The notes under the pieces: generated by a model
Told to the model about the DNA's origin: nothing
Databases searched by the model: none
What the model saw: the letters and a program-made list of their open reading frames with translations, nothing else
Shown: positions 6,903 to 18,413 of the stretch, one piece after another
How the letters are laid out: every line of letters starts with the position of its first letter
How positions within the stretch are numbered: the first letter of the stretch is position 1
Made by a program: the position numbers and the translations under genes
Origin: Prochlorococcus sp. AG-355-B18
GTDB lineage: Bacteria; Cyanobacteriota; Cyanobacteriia; PCC-6307; Cyanobiaceae
DNA length: 64,000 bases
Assembly: GCA_003280965.1 (NCBI GenBank)
Contig: QCDI01000002.1
Coordinates: 1-64,000, forward strand
Direction: 5' to 3'

Positions 6903-7292
6903 ATGCGTATCCTACATACAATGTTGAGAGTTGGAGACTTAGATAAATCCATTGATTTCTACGTCAACAGATTAGGGATGAATTTATTAAGAAAAAAAGA
7001 CTACCCTCATGGAAAATTCACTTTAGCATTTGTTGGTTATGGCTCAGAAAAGGAAAACGCAGTAATTGAATTAACTTATAACTGGGACAAAAAGTCTGAA
7101 GACTATGAGCTTGGAGATAAATATGGTCATATAGCTATTGGAGTAAAAGATATTCATTTAATTTGCCAGGGATTAGAAAATAACGGTTGTAAAATAATAA
7201 CCAAACCTAAAACAATGAAAAACAGCACTACTGTCTTGGCTTTTGTTGAGGACCCTGATGGATATAAAATTGAACTTATTGAAAGAGATTAA
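6903..7292 (+). CDS. gloA: Lactoylglutathione lyase (glyoxalase I)
   Basis: [40 protein letters not shown]. Confidence 0.97.
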   Translation: MRILHTMLRVGDLDKSIDFYVNRLGMNLLRKKDYPHGKFTLAFVGYGSEKENAVIELTYNWDKKSEDYELGDKYGHIAIGVKDIHLICQGLENNGCKIITKPKTMKNSTTVLAFVEDPDGYKIELIERD

Positions 7293-7561
7293 AAGCTCGT
7301 AATTTTTAATTTAATAAACAAATAACCAAAATTAAAAAAGGTTGATTTATCTAATAAATATTTTGCAATTAACGGGAAAAATACCCACAAAATCATATTG
7401 GATAGAATCTAAAGTTTTAATTGCTAGATAATATTATTCCTAAGATGAGGAATCTTTAAAAAACTGATCCTTAAAGTTTTATATATTCTATATAAAATCT
7501 ATTTAGAGTATATAGACAATCTATATAGATTAATTTAATATGGAATTATAGTATAAAACTT

Positions 7562-8059
7562 ATGCCTAGTAATTGGTCAAAAATAAGAGATGAATGGCTT
7601 GATAGAACCTCCATTGCTAAAGATGATGCTAAATGGGCATTGGAAGCTTTAATTAATTCTGAAGAAGAGTTATTTGAAATAGAACAAAAAATTAGAAATA
7701 AAGAGGACGCGATAAGTAAAGTAAAATTTTTGAAGAAAAAAGTAAAAGAAACTATCTCCTCCAAAGAAATTAGTCTCGATGATATTACATTAAACACTTC
7801 GAATTCGAATAAGGTACAAATCTCAGTACCATCAAACCTTACTTATCTACTGAAGGTTTGGGCAGCAGCAGAGGGCCGAGATCTATCGAGTGTTGCATTT
7901 CAGTGTTTAGAAACTGGAATAAGGGAAATGCAAAGCAAAGGTTCAATACCCTCTGTAGCAATAAATAGATATGACTCTGCCTGTCAAAAGAGAATTGCAT
8001 TGGCAGAAGTAAACAATTTATTAGAGAAATACGAAATAGCTCAGAATGAACTCAAATAA
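7562..8059 (+). CDS. Hypothetical protein with a coiled coil and a putative ribbon-helix-helix domain
   Basis: KVQISVPSNLTYLLKVWAAAEGRDLSSVAFQCLE resembles Arc/CopG RHH. Confidence 0.7.
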   Translation: MPSNWSKIRDEWLDRTSIAKDDAKWALEALINSEEELFEIEQKIRNKEDAISKVKFLKKKVKETISSKEISLDDITLNTSNSNKVQISVPSNLTYLLKVWAAAEGRDLSSVAFQCLETGIREMQSKGSIPSVAINRYDSACQKRIALAEVNNLLEKYEIAQNELK

Positions 8060-8061
8060 TT

Positions 8062-8454
8062 ATGAATAACAGAAAAATCATTAAAGGATACAAAACATTA
8101 ACATCATCAAGATTTGATGTAGATACTTCTGTAGATAAATTCAAAGATGGAATAATTTATACTCTTTATTCTGATGAATTTAATTCACTTAAAGTTGGTT
8201 TTGTTGAAAATGATAAGGTTCTAGAAAAAAAATTATCAAGTAGTGTATTGATATTATTGGATATGAAAAAAGGAAAAAAGAAAGATCTTTGTTTATTAAT
8301 AACTACTCTAAAAGAACTTGGCATCAAATATTCAGACAATTTTCATTTCAAATACTCAAGTTCTTTAATGAAACTTTTATCTACTTTAGGTTGGCCTGTT
8401 GGAAGATCACTTTATAAACAAAGAAAGATTAAAAAAGAACTTATATGTGCATAA
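8062..8454 (+). CDS. Hypothetical protein
   Basis: 130-aa ORF starting 2 nt after the upstream gene. Confidence 0.65.
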   Translation: MNNRKIIKGYKTLTSSRFDVDTSVDKFKDGIIYTLYSDEFNSLKVGFVENDKVLEKKLSSSVLILLDMKKGKKKDLCLLITTLKELGIKYSDNFHFKYSSSLMKLLSTLGWPVGRSLYKQRKIKKELICA

Positions 8455-8456
8455 AT

Positions 8457-8930
8457 TTAAAGGTAATCGCACTCTAAAGTTTCTCTGGTTTCTCTATTTG
8501 TAATTGGATTAGTTCCAGTGGCACTTTCACAAAATTTCCTAATAATATCTTTTGGCAAAAAAACATTTGTGAAGTCTGCGCCTTGTATTTTTACATTATC
8601 AAACTGGGTACTATAAGCAAAAGAATCCTCTAAGTTAGTATTTGATAAATCTGTTCCATCTAAAACAGCCGAGTCTAAAGTTACTTCCCTTAAGTTGGAG
8701 TTACTTAAATTAGTATCTTTCAATTTTGCTCCATAAAGAGTCGCATTTTGGAGCTCGCAACCTGACAAATTTGCATCTTGTAAATCAGTCAAATAGAAAG
8801 TTGCTCCTTTTAAATCAGATCCTGAGAAATCAGCTCCTACCAAAGATTGTTTACCATAATCCAACGCAGCGAAGCTTCTAGAAGGGAGGGTTAAAACAAC
8901 TATTAAAAAAGTTAAAAATATAAATCTCAT
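8457..8930 (-). CDS. Pentapeptide repeat protein (signal peptide)
   Basis: A(D/N)LxxA-type repeats; C-terminal CESATGTNPITNRETRETLEC. Confidence 0.93.
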   Translation of the reverse strand: MRFIFLTFLIVVLTLPSRSFAALDYGKQSLVGADFSGSDLKGATFYLTDLQDANLSGCELQNATLYGAKLKDTNLSNSNLREVTLDSAVLDGTDLSNTNLEDSFAYSTQFDNVKIQGADFTNVFLPKDIIRKFCESATGTNPITNRETRETLECDYL

Positions 8931-9037
8931 TTGTTTGAGTAGTATTTCAATAAATTCTAACTTCTTAAGCTTAAATCTAAAAATTAATTATTTACTGAAT
9001 GCTATATTTATTGGAATAACAAATCACGAACTAGGTT

Positions 9038-10678
9038 TTGGATATAAGTCCTTATGATGCAATTGTTGTTGGTTCTGGAGCTACAGGAGGAATAGCAGCA
9101 CTTACATTGGCAGAACAAGGGGTCAAAGTTTTAGTAATAGAAGCAGGGCCTCAAATCAAAAGACATGAAGCTAGTAATCATGAGCCAAAAAGTACATTAA
9201 AAAGATTATCAGGAGTGTTAACAAAAAAACATGCCAATCAATGCCAACATCCTGGTTATTGGAAAAATAATCCTGACTTATATTCAAATGAATTGAAGCA
9301 TCCTTATGACTTTCCAAAAAAAAAGCCATTTCTTTGGACCCAAGGTAAACAATATGGGGGGAGATCATTAACGTGGGGAGGTATAACATTAAGGCTTTCC
9401 TCAGAAGATTTTCATCCGGCTAAAAAAGATGGATTCGGTCCAAACTGGCCTATTTCATACAATGAACTATCCCCTCACTATGATTTCATTGAAAATTTCT
9501 GCGGCATCTATGGACGAAAAGATGACATTAAAGAGGTGCCAAACGGTAAATATATTGGGGAAATTCCTCTTACAGAAAACGAAAATGTTTTTGGCAGCAA
9601 AGTTAAATCAAAATTAAACTATCCATTTATCCAATCAAGAGGATTTGACCGAAATTCATCAGTAAAAGAAAAAAAATGGCCCAAGTCCTCTAGCGTAGGA
9701 AGCTCTTTAAAAAAAGCTTTAGATACTGGAAATGTACAAATAATCTCTAATTACTTAGTGGAGTCTTTTGAGATTAACAAGATAACAGAACTTGCCTCAA
9801 AACTAACGATTGTAAACCTTGAGAATGGACACAAAGAAGTATTGGATTGTGATTTAATTCTTCTTTGCGCATCAACAATTTCAACACTGAGAATACTACT
9901 TAATTCAGAATATAAATCGAATTCCTCAGGTTTTAAAGATAATTCTGGGAAATTAGGTAAATACCTTATGGACCATATATCTATCTGTAGATTTTTTTCA
10001 GTCCCAAAAACAAAAAACTCAAAAAAACCATTAGAAAATCCTCCCGATCTTTCTGGAGCAGGCAGCTTCTTTATTCCATTCGGTTCAAATTTACCAAAAA
10101 TTGACGACATTAATTTCCATAGAGGGTATGGAATCTGGGGGGCAATTGATCGATTAGGGATTCCTAAATTTTTGCAAAAAGACACAAATACATCCATTGG
10201 CTTTCTTATCGCCCATGGCGAGGTCCTACCAAGAGAGAAAAACACAGTTTCTCTCTCAACAAAAACAGATGAATGGGGTATCCCAATTCCTTACATTGAA
10301 TTCGAATGGAGCGAGAATGAGTTAAATATGGCAAAACATATGACAAATACAATCCGAAAATCAATAAAAGCTGCAAATGGAGAAATAAAAAATATTGATG
10401 AACTTATAAACATCCCACTAGGGAGTTTTTTTACAAAAAATTTGATCGCACTCTCAGATAATCCCCCTCCCCCAGGATATTACATTCATGAAGTAGGAGG
10501 GGCACCTATGGGAACTGATGAAGAAAATAGCGTGGTTGATAAATTTAATAGAATATGGAGATGCAAAAATGTACTTGTGCTCGATGGGGCTTGTTGGCCA
10601 ACTTCATCTTGGCAAAGCCCCACCCTTACAATGATGGCCTTGTGTAGGAGAGCGTGCCTAAATATTAAAAAGATTTAG
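9038..10678 (+). CDS. GMC family oxidoreductase
   Basis: YDAIVVGSGATGG FAD motif, GKYLMDH, IHEVGGAPMG, PTLTMMAL. Confidence 0.93.
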   Translation: MDISPYDAIVVGSGATGGIAALTLAEQGVKVLVIEAGPQIKRHEASNHEPKSTLKRLSGVLTKKHANQCQHPGYWKNNPDLYSNELKHPYDFPKKKPFLWTQGKQYGGRSLTWGGITLRLSSEDFHPAKKDGFGPNWPISYNELSPHYDFIENFCGIYGRKDDIKEVPNGKYIGEIPLTENENVFGSKVKSKLNYPFIQSRGFDRNSSVKEKKWPKSSSVGSSLKKALDTGNVQIISNYLVESFEINKITELASKLTIVNLENGHKEVLDCDLILLCASTISTLRILLNSEYKSNSSGFKDNSGKLGKYLMDHISICRFFSVPKTKNSKKPLENPPDLSGAGSFFIPFGSNLPKIDDINFHRGYGIWGAIDRLGIPKFLQKDTNTSIGFLIAHGEVLPREKNTVSLSTKTDEWGIPIPYIEFEWSENELNMAKHMTNTIRKSIKAANGEIKNIDELINIPLGSFFTKNLIALSDNPPPPGYYIHEVGGAPMGTDEENSVVDKFNRIWRCKNVLVLDGACWPTSSWQSPTLTMMALCRRACLNIKKI

Positions 10679-10922
10679 AAGGAGTAAATAGTTGATTTAA
10701 ATAAATTTCTGAAACAGAATTATCAGTACATCCGTTTTGAACCAGAAAAGTAGCTAATGCTGAATTTATAAGCTTATATTGATCCCAAGTTGGGTTACTT
10801 AATACAAAATCTTTCATAGTGTTATAGAGAGTTTCTGAAAGCTCTGTCTCTAAGGAGACTTTATTTAAAGAGCACTCGGCAAAATTCTTATCAGTTAAAT
10901 TTGATTCGCTAATTTGATCCAT
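10665..10922 (-). CDS. DUF2811 family protein
   Basis: VSLETELSETLYNTMKDFV..NPTWDQYKLINSALATFLVQNG. Confidence 0.8.
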   Translation of the reverse strand: MDQISESNLTDKNFAECSLNKVSLETELSETLYNTMKDFVLSNPTWDQYKLINSALATFLVQNGCTDNSVSEIYLNQLFTPSKSF

Positions 10923-11273
10923 TAATTCCTATTTTTTACATGAATATAATGATGTTTTTTTCTAAAAAAATCAAAAAAATTATGCTTGTAAACTTTTCAA
11001 GTTATCAAATGAGACTCATGTTATAACTTGTTTTTTTTAAAACTAACTTTTTAAATAGGGAAATTGATTAGATCTTAAAGAAAAGTCAACAATAATGTTG
11101 AAGTCCTGTTTTTTTTTAAAACTGCTGGCATTTCTAATCCAATGTGGATTTGGACGTGGAAAACAACCTCTAAATTGTGGAAAATCTAGTTCTAAAGATT
11201 TTCAAGATTTTATATTAAGAATACTTATATATACTGAGTCTATTGAGACTTAGCCGAGAAAGAGACAGGTGAT

Positions 11274-12428
11274 TCAGCTATTTTCAATGGATTTTCTTAA
11301 GGTTTGATCTTCATTTAGCAAGCGAAGCGTGACAGGTCCCAAAGGATGCTTTGAATTTGGATAAGTACTATGGTGATGGTGATGGTGATGGTGTTCAGGA
11401 TGATGAGCCTCGACATGTTCAAGTTCTAGGTAATCACCTTCTCCTCGGTTTGATTTTTCTTGGTTATGAGTTGGGATTCGATTTTGTATTTCACAAGCAC
11501 CATTACATTCAGGATCACATAATTCACAGCTGATACCCAAGCCCTCTACATGGTCATGATGACTTTCTTGTACCATTCCAACTTCTTTTTCGAATCCAAA
11601 TAAATTTGATCTATATTTGCAAGTTGAACAATTCATAAAATTCTTACCTTCGTCATTCAGAATCTCTTCAATCCTTTCTACAAAAGTGTCGACCACATAA
11701 GACTGTGATGAAAGATATTTTGCATGTATAAATGAAATCTCTGGATTATTAATAGCAACTAAATCACTTTGCCTTTTTATTCTTGTGACAAGGACGCCTG
11801 AAAAAAGGAAATAAGGGAAAATAATTATATTTTTATAACCAAGTCTTACAACATTTTTCAAGCCAGCTTCAACGAGAGGGAAAGTTACTCCAGAAAAAAC
11901 TGTTTCCCCCCACCCTATACCAATACCCTCTACTATCATTCTCGTAATTTTTGAAACGTTGGAATTTGCATCAGGGTCAGAGGAGCCTCTTCCAACAACA
12001 ACTAATAATGATTCTTCAGGTTTAAGAGAATTATTTTGTCTAAATACATCTTTAACTCTTTCACAAGCAGCACTGATCATTAAATTATTAATACCTAATT
12101 CTCTTCCATAAATTATTTCAATACCTGTTTTACTTGAATAATTCATAAGCAAGCTAGGTATATCATTTTTTACATGGCCAGCAGCAAATAGCATTGCGGG
12201 AATTGCAATTATTTTTTTTATAGAATTATCTTTCAACTTGTCTAAAGCATCGACAATTGTAGGTTTTGCAAATTCCAAGAAACCATATTCAACTAATATG
12301 TTTGGATATCTTTTTTGAATCAGTTTAGTTAATTCTTCAAATTCGGTAATGGCTAGTTTATTTCTACTCCCATGTCCACAGATAAGAATCGCGACTTGAT
12401 TATTTATCTTCGAATCTAAATTATCCAA
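11274..12428 (-). CDS. cbiX: Sirohydrochlorin cobaltochelatase CbiX (probable TTG start at 12428; ORF extends to 12506)
   Basis: CGHGSR, AAGHVKNDIP, GRGSSD, MNCSTCKYR and a His-rich C-terminus. Confidence 0.92.
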   Translation of the reverse strand: MDNLDSKINNQVAILICGHGSRNKLAITEFEELTKLIQKRYPNILVEYGFLEFAKPTIVDALDKLKDNSIKKIIAIPAMLFAAGHVKNDIPSLLMNYSSKTGIEIIYGRELGINNLMISAACERVKDVFRQNNSLKPEESLLVVVGRGSSDPDANSNVSKITRMIVEGIGIGWGETVFSGVTFPLVEAGLKNVVRLGYKNIIIFPYFLFSGVLVTRIKRQSDLVAINNPEISFIHAKYLSSQSYVVDTFVERIEEILNDEGKNFMNCSTCKYRSNLFGFEKEVGMVQESHHDHVEGLGISCELCDPECNGACEIQNRIPTHNQEKSNRGEGDYLELEHVEAHHPEHHHHHHHHSTYPNSKHPLGPVTLRLLNEDQTLRKSIENS

Positions 12429-12475
12429 AACCAAGTTATTACTTATACCATAATAGTAAAGAACAATATCATGTA

Positions 12476-13753
12476 GTGAAATATAATAATTTGCTTGTAG
12501 TTCCAAATATCAACTCAAGGGATGCAAAATTAAAGAAATTAATTTATGAAGTTAATGACTCTATATTCAAAAAATTTAACTATTCCAATGAAAAATTCGA
12601 GCACCTTTGCGTATGTAGTGGAGGTACAACCTCTAGCTGTGCAAAAAATGGTTTTACAACACTGGATCTAAGAAAAAATCATAGCAAAATTCATCTAGAT
12701 AAAAAAACCAATTTAGTAACAATTGGAGGTGGAGTAATAATGGGGGATCTAGTAAATCATTTACAAAAAAATAATCGAAGTTTTCCAATCGGACTTTCTA
12801 AACTTCCTGGAGCAGGCTATATACTTACTGGTGGAGTAAGCCCGCTCAGTAGAGCCTACGGATTAGCAATAGATAATATTGAATCAATAAAAGGTTTCTT
12901 GGGTAATGGCACATTTATCTCTTTAAAAAAAAATCAAATAAATCCAGAAGAACAATTGATTTGGGAAGCAATTAAAGGCGCAGCACCCTTCTTCTCAATT
13001 ATTACCGAAATAGAACTTAAGACTATCCAATCTAATCCAATAACGGTTATTGAAGGATTTGTAAATCTAAATGAACTTTCAGAAATAATAAAACTATCAG
13101 AGGAATTTCCAGAAAATATTAGTCTTCAATGGATTTATGCCCAAAAAATTTATATATATATTTTTGCCGAACTAAAAAATAATTTGGAGGATAAAAGAAC
13201 AGAAGAATACTTAATGCTTCTAGACAAATTTCCTGCTCTAGAAAAACAATTTTATGAGAACTTTAACAAAATAAATTTTTTTCCAAAGGAATTGAATTTA
13301 TATGAGCTGAATGCAAATAACCATTCTGAGGTAATTAGTCTTCTTGGAGAAGATTTAAAAAAAGATATCCCAAGTTTCATAAAATGTTTGAATGAAATAA
13401 TGGATAATAAACCTAATAATTCCTGTTATATTGCTTCTCAACAATTAGGTTGCAAAACTAAAAAGTTAAATCATGGCTCAAGCTTTTTTGTTCATAGAAA
13501 AAGCACTTGGAAACCATGGATATATGCATCATGGAAAAAAAATGATCTTCAAGAAAAAGAAGTCGCTCTGAAATGGATTTATAAATCGTGGAAGAAGCTA
13601 AAAAAGTTTTATCCAAACATTCACTTAGCCCAATTGCATAATCATTTGAGTTCTCATGAAGAAGAAATTACATTAGCCTTTGGAAATAGAATAAATGAAT
13701 TAAAAACTTTAAAGAATATTTTTGATCCACAAGGTATTTTGCCTCCTTTATGA
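12476..13753 (+). CDS. FAD-binding oxidoreductase (BBE-like)
   Basis: VTIGGGV, GGVSPLSRAYGLAIDNI, WEAIKGA, LKNIFDPQGI. Confidence 0.85.
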   Translation: MKYNNLLVVPNINSRDAKLKKLIYEVNDSIFKKFNYSNEKFEHLCVCSGGTTSSCAKNGFTTLDLRKNHSKIHLDKKTNLVTIGGGVIMGDLVNHLQKNNRSFPIGLSKLPGAGYILTGGVSPLSRAYGLAIDNIESIKGFLGNGTFISLKKNQINPEEQLIWEAIKGAAPFFSIITEIELKTIQSNPITVIEGFVNLNELSEIIKLSEEFPENISLQWIYAQKIYIYIFAELKNNLEDKRTEEYLMLLDKFPALEKQFYENFNKINFFPKELNLYELNANNHSEVISLLGEDLKKDIPSFIKCLNEIMDNKPNNSCYIASQQLGCKTKKLNHGSSFFVHRKSTWKPWIYASWKKNDLQEKEVALKWIYKSWKKLKKFYPNIHLAQLHNHLSSHEEEITLAFGNRINELKTLKNIFDPQGILPPL

Positions 13754-13783
13754 GGTAACTTCTTAATTATAAAGAAACTTAAA

Positions 13784-15349
13784 ATGTCAAATTTCTCAAG
13801 ATATTTATCTAAAAATTGGTTAGATGATCCAAAGTCAAATATTCTCTCTGGCTTAGTTGTTGCTTTTGCAATGATCCCAGAAGCAATTGCTTTTTCAGGT
13901 ATAGCTGGTGTAGATCCTAAAGTTGGCCTTTTTGGTGCATTTTGCTTATCCATAACAATTGCGATTGTTGGAGGAAGAAGGGGTATGATCACTTCTGCCA
14001 CAGGTTCAACAGCTCTTTTGATGACTGGACTTGTTGCCTTTGGAGAGTCACAAGCCCCTGGATTAGGAGTCCCATATCTTATTGCAGCTGGAATATTGAC
14101 TGGAATTTTCCAAATTCTTTGGGGATATTTAAGACTCGCCTACCAAATGCGTTTCGTGCCAACAGGAGTATTAAGTGGATTTGTAAATGCACTGGCACTT
14201 TTAATATTTCAAGCACAACTACCTCAGTTAGGAATAGGTATTAAAGAATCAAAAGAATTAGTTGAACAAACTTTAAGTCAATATCCAATTAACACTCAGA
14301 TTCCAGTAGTTTGGGTTCTTGTAATCCTAGGATTAGTAATTATCTATGGGCTTCCAAAAATCACAAAAGTAATCCCATCTCAACTTATAGCAATAGTAGT
14401 GATAACTCTTATAACCATATTCTTTAATCTAGATGTTCCAACAGTTAGCGATTTGGGTAAATTACCTGATGGATTACCAAGTATTTCTCTTCCTTTTGGA
14501 TCAATAGAAAATGGCAAAGTACCTTTTAGTCTTGAAACATTAGGGATAATTTTACCGACCTCACTGGCAATATCTCTCGTAGGTTTAATGGAAACCTTTT
14601 TAACTCAAGACATTTTAGACGATGTAACTGATACAAGTTCTAATAAAAATAAAGAAGCAAGAGGACAAGGAATCGCAAATATTGTGGCATCTTTATTTGG
14701 CGGAATGGCTGGATGTGCCTTAGTTGGGCAATCTGTAATGAATACTGAGAATGGTGGTAAATCTAGATTATCAACCCTCTCCTCAGGTATATCTCTACTA
14801 ATTATGATAATACTCTTGAAGTCTTGGATTGGAGCAATACCAATGGCTGCTTTAGTAGCAATCATGATAACGATCGCAATAAGTACAGCAGATATAAATG
14901 GATTAAAAAATATTAGAAAAATTCCTAAAAGCGATACTGCAGTCATGCTTATGACTTTTGCAGTTACTATGCTTACAAAACCTCATAATCTTGCACTTGG
15001 AGTTATTGCGGGAGTTGCATTAGCTGGAATTCTTTTTAGCAGAAAAGTCGCAAAAGTTATAACTGTCTCAAGAGCAAAAGAAAGTAATTTAACTACCTAC
15101 AAAGTAAAAGGACAATTATTTTTTGTAAGTAAAATTTATTTTTTACAAGGATTTGATATACATGAACATCCAGAAAATATTGTAATTGACATGTCTCTAG
15201 CTCATATTTGGGATCAAAGTGGCGTTGTTGCTCTTGAGCAAATTATTAGAAAATTCCAGAATGGTGGTTCTAAAGTTGAAATTATTGGATTAAATAAAGA
15301 AAGTCTTAACTTATTTGAAAGACTAGGTGGTGTAGAAAGCGCTCATTGA
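13784..15349 (+). CDS. SulP family anion transporter with STAS domain
   Basis: AMIPEAIAF, GMAGCALVGQS, C-terminal DMSLAHIWDQSG. Confidence 0.93.
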   Translation: MSNFSRYLSKNWLDDPKSNILSGLVVAFAMIPEAIAFSGIAGVDPKVGLFGAFCLSITIAIVGGRRGMITSATGSTALLMTGLVAFGESQAPGLGVPYLIAAGILTGIFQILWGYLRLAYQMRFVPTGVLSGFVNALALLIFQAQLPQLGIGIKESKELVEQTLSQYPINTQIPVVWVLVILGLVIIYGLPKITKVIPSQLIAIVVITLITIFFNLDVPTVSDLGKLPDGLPSISLPFGSIENGKVPFSLETLGIILPTSLAISLVGLMETFLTQDILDDVTDTSSNKNKEARGQGIANIVASLFGGMAGCALVGQSVMNTENGGKSRLSTLSSGISLLIMIILLKSWIGAIPMAALVAIMITIAISTADINGLKNIRKIPKSDTAVMLMTFAVTMLTKPHNLALGVIAGVALAGILFSRKVAKVITVSRAKESNLTTYKVKGQLFFVSKIYFLQGFDIHEHPENIVIDMSLAHIWDQSGVVALEQIIRKFQNGGSKVEIIGLNKESLNLFERLGGVESAH

Positions 15350-15355
15350 AAAAAG

Positions 15356-16246
15356 TTAATTAAGACTAACTTGTTGATAACAAAACCAAAGCCATTGCTG
15401 AAAAAGTAAATTCCTATGAGATCTCCAAGAGGTTTTTGAACTATTTGCATCAAAATTTTCAGGTGGGGGGACATCTCCCTTTTCTTTATCTCTTTCAATT
15501 TCACTAATAATTCTATGAACCGTATATTCCGGGTGGCCTAAATGCATAAGTTGTTTTTGATCATGAGATTCAAATATTGTATATCCGACGTTTTCTCCAT
15601 AAGCCAACAAATTTAATTTCCCTTCTTTTTGAGCTTTCTCCATCTCCAAATCTGGTAATCCTGCAAATCTACTTTGAGGACAAATAAATTCATCATCTTG
15701 TGTTCCCATCAAAGGGTGTCCAGGAACAAGACTTTTCAAAGGAAATACCCCAAATAATTTCTTATCAAAAATTTTCTTATCAACCCCTGCCAAATAAGCT
15801 AGAGCAAACCCAGCCCAACATAACCCAAGAGTACTAGCGCAAGAATTTCTAGCTTCATTTACTATTTTCACAAATTCATCCCAATACTTAACCTCCTCAA
15901 AGGCTAGGTGCTCAATAGGTGCTCCAGTAATAATAATTCCATCTAAAGGTTCTGGATTATTTGCTTCTTCCCAAGTTATGTATAGATTATTTAGATGATT
16001 AAGATCCCATGTTTTATAAGAGTGAGTTTTAAGCTTTATCCAAACTGGCTCAATTTGAAGAGGAGATAAACCAAGTGGATGTAGTAAGTTAAATTCATAT
16101 TGCTTGCCAAGAGGCATTATATTCAAAATACCAATCCTAAGAGGACGTATATCCTGTCTTTCTGCTAACTCTGGTTCAATCCAGGATATATGATTTTTCT
16201 CAACATCACTTATCTTGTGATAGTTTCTGGGAATTATTAAAGCCAA
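15356..16246 (-). CDS. metA: Homoserine O-acyltransferase
   Basis: DIRPLRIGILNIMP, DGIIITGAPIE, CWAG, GHPEY. Confidence 0.95.
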   Translation of the reverse strand: MALIIPRNYHKISDVEKNHISWIEPELAERQDIRPLRIGILNIMPLGKQYEFNLLHPLGLSPLQIEPVWIKLKTHSYKTWDLNHLNNLYITWEEANNPEPLDGIIITGAPIEHLAFEEVKYWDEFVKIVNEARNSCASTLGLCWAGFALAYLAGVDKKIFDKKLFGVFPLKSLVPGHPLMGTQDDEFICPQSRFAGLPDLEMEKAQKEGKLNLLAYGENVGYTIFESHDQKQLMHLGHPEYTVHRIISEIERDKEKGDVPPPENFDANSSKTSWRSHRNLLFQQWLWFCYQQVSLN

Positions 16247-16259
16247 TAAATCTCCTTTC

Positions 16260-17603
<1,344 letters not shown>

Positions 17604-17659
17604 CTATTATCTATTTAACTTAAAAAAGTACTAAAAAAAAACAAAGAAAAGATAAATAT

Positions 17660-18319
17660 TTATAATTCCTTTTTTAATGAGGGGTAATTTTCTTTCATAT
17701 ATAAACTCAAATCTTCTTTTATCGCAGATCTGAGTTTCTCAATATTTGCAGAGTCAATTATTGGAAAAGTTGTATTAGCCTCAGGATCTTTTTCAGTAAT
17801 TGATTTCCAATTCTTACCAACATCTTTTTCAGAGTTTTTTAAAACCTCATCAAAGTTGAAAACCTTATCGTTGTCTTTGGCGTCAAATTCGCTAAAAGCT
17901 TTATTTATAAGATTTTTTCTATTTTCGAATAGATTCTTGGCTTTTAAAGTATCTGGAAGACCCATAACTGGCTGTAATTCCTTAAGAAGTTTTATTTCCT
18001 CTTCAATTAAAAGTGTCCAAACACCATATTTATTTTTGGGTAGATTAGAACTACTAAAAATATTGATTTCTTCAAGATAAAAATTTAACCATAAATAATA
18101 TGATTTTTCTTCAATAGTTTTTTTAACAGATATCTTTTTATTTTGGATCTTTGGGAGTAACTTTTCTGCTTTCTTCAAAAATTGTCTGTCTTCTCTTTCT
18201 AAATTTATTAATCCCCATCTTTGACTGTAGTCCCATAAATCTTCGTATCTTGTTAAATCTTCTTGATTCCAGCCAAGAGCTTTCAGTTCATGAGAACGAT
18301 GTGTTAATTCCTTTTTCAA
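17660..18319 (-). CDS. Hypothetical protein
   Basis: 219-aa ORF, RYEDLWDYSQRWGLINLEREDRQFL. Confidence 0.8.
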   Translation of the reverse strand: MKKELTHRSHELKALGWNQEDLTRYEDLWDYSQRWGLINLEREDRQFLKKAEKLLPKIQNKKISVKKTIEEKSYYLWLNFYLEEINIFSSSNLPKNKYGVWTLLIEEEIKLLKELQPVMGLPDTLKAKNLFENRKNLINKAFSEFDAKDNDKVFNFDEVLKNSEKDVGKNWKSITEKDPEANTTFPIIDSANIEKLRSAIKEDLSLYMKENYPSLKKEL

Positions 18320-18413
18320 AAAAAACCTTTTAAAACCATAATAATTCTAACCCTGCAATCAAGATTAGTAAATAAATGAAAAACTTGGTTTTTATTGAAA
18401 ATTCAAAAATTAT

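Noticed and set aside
11371..11393. (TGGTGA)n microsatellite
   Set aside because: It encodes the usual poly-His tail of CbiX.
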